The position numbers and the translations under genes are program-made. From positions 279,633 to 343,632 of the IMG/VR virus record IMGVR_UViG_3300017917_003143: a DNA stretch of 64,000 nucleotides; one strand, written 5' to 3'. The notes below the pieces were generated by a model that saw only the letters and a program-made list of their open reading frames with translations, made no database searches and was not told the DNA's origin. Position 1 is the stretch's first letter; every line of letters starts with the position of its first letter. Positions 63,361 through 64,000 of this stretch are shown one piece after another.

Positions 63361-64000
63361 CAGAAGAAACCAAAGAAGAAAAAAGGAAGCGCAAACTGGA
63401 AGCCATGGCCCAGCGCGATCAAAAAATAACTGCTGGCTTTGTTGACTGTGCTTGCCTTATACATGACACACTCTACGACTGGACTTATGTAGAGCGTCTG
63501 TACAACAGCTTGTGTAGGAATCTGACTCCGCAGGTACGTTTACATGTTTACACAGAAAAGAATCGCCCAGTTCCAGATCATATGATACATCATCCACTGC
63601 AAGAATGGCCTGGCATACGAGGTCCAAAAAGATCCTGGTGGTATAAAATACAGTTGTTTAATTCCCAATATCACAGCAATCCTATGATTTATTTTGATCT
63701 GGATACAGTGATCACAGGAAACATCGATTGGATCTGGCGCTTGCCTACCGCACAGTTTTGGGCAGTGCAAGACTTTAAGTATCTTTTCAAAAGCAGGAAT
63801 CCAGTGATCAATAGTTCCGTGATGTGGTTCAATCCTGCACAATGGAATCATGTCTATCAAGAATTTGACCCAGATGAAATAGTCAGAGCACGTGGAAAAT
63901 GGCACGGTGATCAAGATTTCATACAGGAAAAGATACCCATGGAGAAATGCCGTTATTTTCCCATAGATCAGGTGCGTAGCTGGCGCTGGGAACTCAAAGA
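63357..64000 (+). CDS. GT-A glycosyltransferase (truncated by window edge)
   Basis: Manual translation from ATG 63357: ...YVERLYNSL.RNL...WWYKIQLF...YFDLDTVITGNID...NSSVMWF...GDQDFI. Not in the ORF track. Confidence 0.75.
   Translation, partial: MTEETKEEKRKRKLEAMAQRDQKITAGFVDCACLIHDTLYDWTYVERLYNSLCRNLTPQVRLHVYTEKNRPVPDHMIHHPLQEWPGIRGPKRSWWYKIQLFNSQYHSNPMIYFDLDTVITGNIDWIWRLPTAQFWAVQDFKYLFKSRNPVINSSVMWFNPAQWNHVYQEFDPDEIVRARGKWHGDQDFIQEKIPMEKCRYFPIDQVRSWRWELK

Noticed and set aside
1-64000. Stop-codon reassignment
   Set aside because: Core genes are intact in the standard code; TAG ends 303-2699 and gp21, and TGA ends several others.
1-64000. tRNA, integrase or transposase genes
   Set aside because: None recognised; intergenic gaps are mostly too short and show no cloverleaf or terminal inverted repeats.

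Overview
This 64 kb window is a gene-dense segment of a large T4-like myophage (standard genetic code; TAA, TAG and TGA are all used as stops). All assignments come from motif recognition by eye; no searches were run. In order it carries: a partial gp26-like hub gene; a tape-measure/lysozyme protein; the head module (portal gp20, core, protease gp21, scaffold gp22, capsid gp23); a 15 kb array of repetitive, module-sharing fibre genes; an inverted gp14-gp15-NUDIX block; a two-gene sigma70 early island; gp13, an exonuclease, dNMP kinase, sheath and tube; a cluster of probable internal head proteins between a putative small terminase and gp17; gp32, UvsX and UvsY; and a glycan-biosynthesis cluster running off the right edge. 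Four things stand out. (1) A possible virion (fibre) glycosylation system: two CstII/Maf-like transferase genes directly bracket the fibre array, and much of the glycan machinery sits behind late-type promoters. (2) A TAA(A/G)TA late-promoter motif lies 5-7 nt before many ATGs that have no Shine-Dalgarno, implying widespread leaderless late mRNAs; hairpins could also silence read-through translation of gp13 and the small terminase. (3) Several proteins begin with T4-like capsid-targeting N-termini and share short LxRLAG and Cys motifs. (4) A non-specific nuclease with a signal peptide lies in the late region. No tRNA, CRISPR array, integrase or reverse transcriptase was seen.
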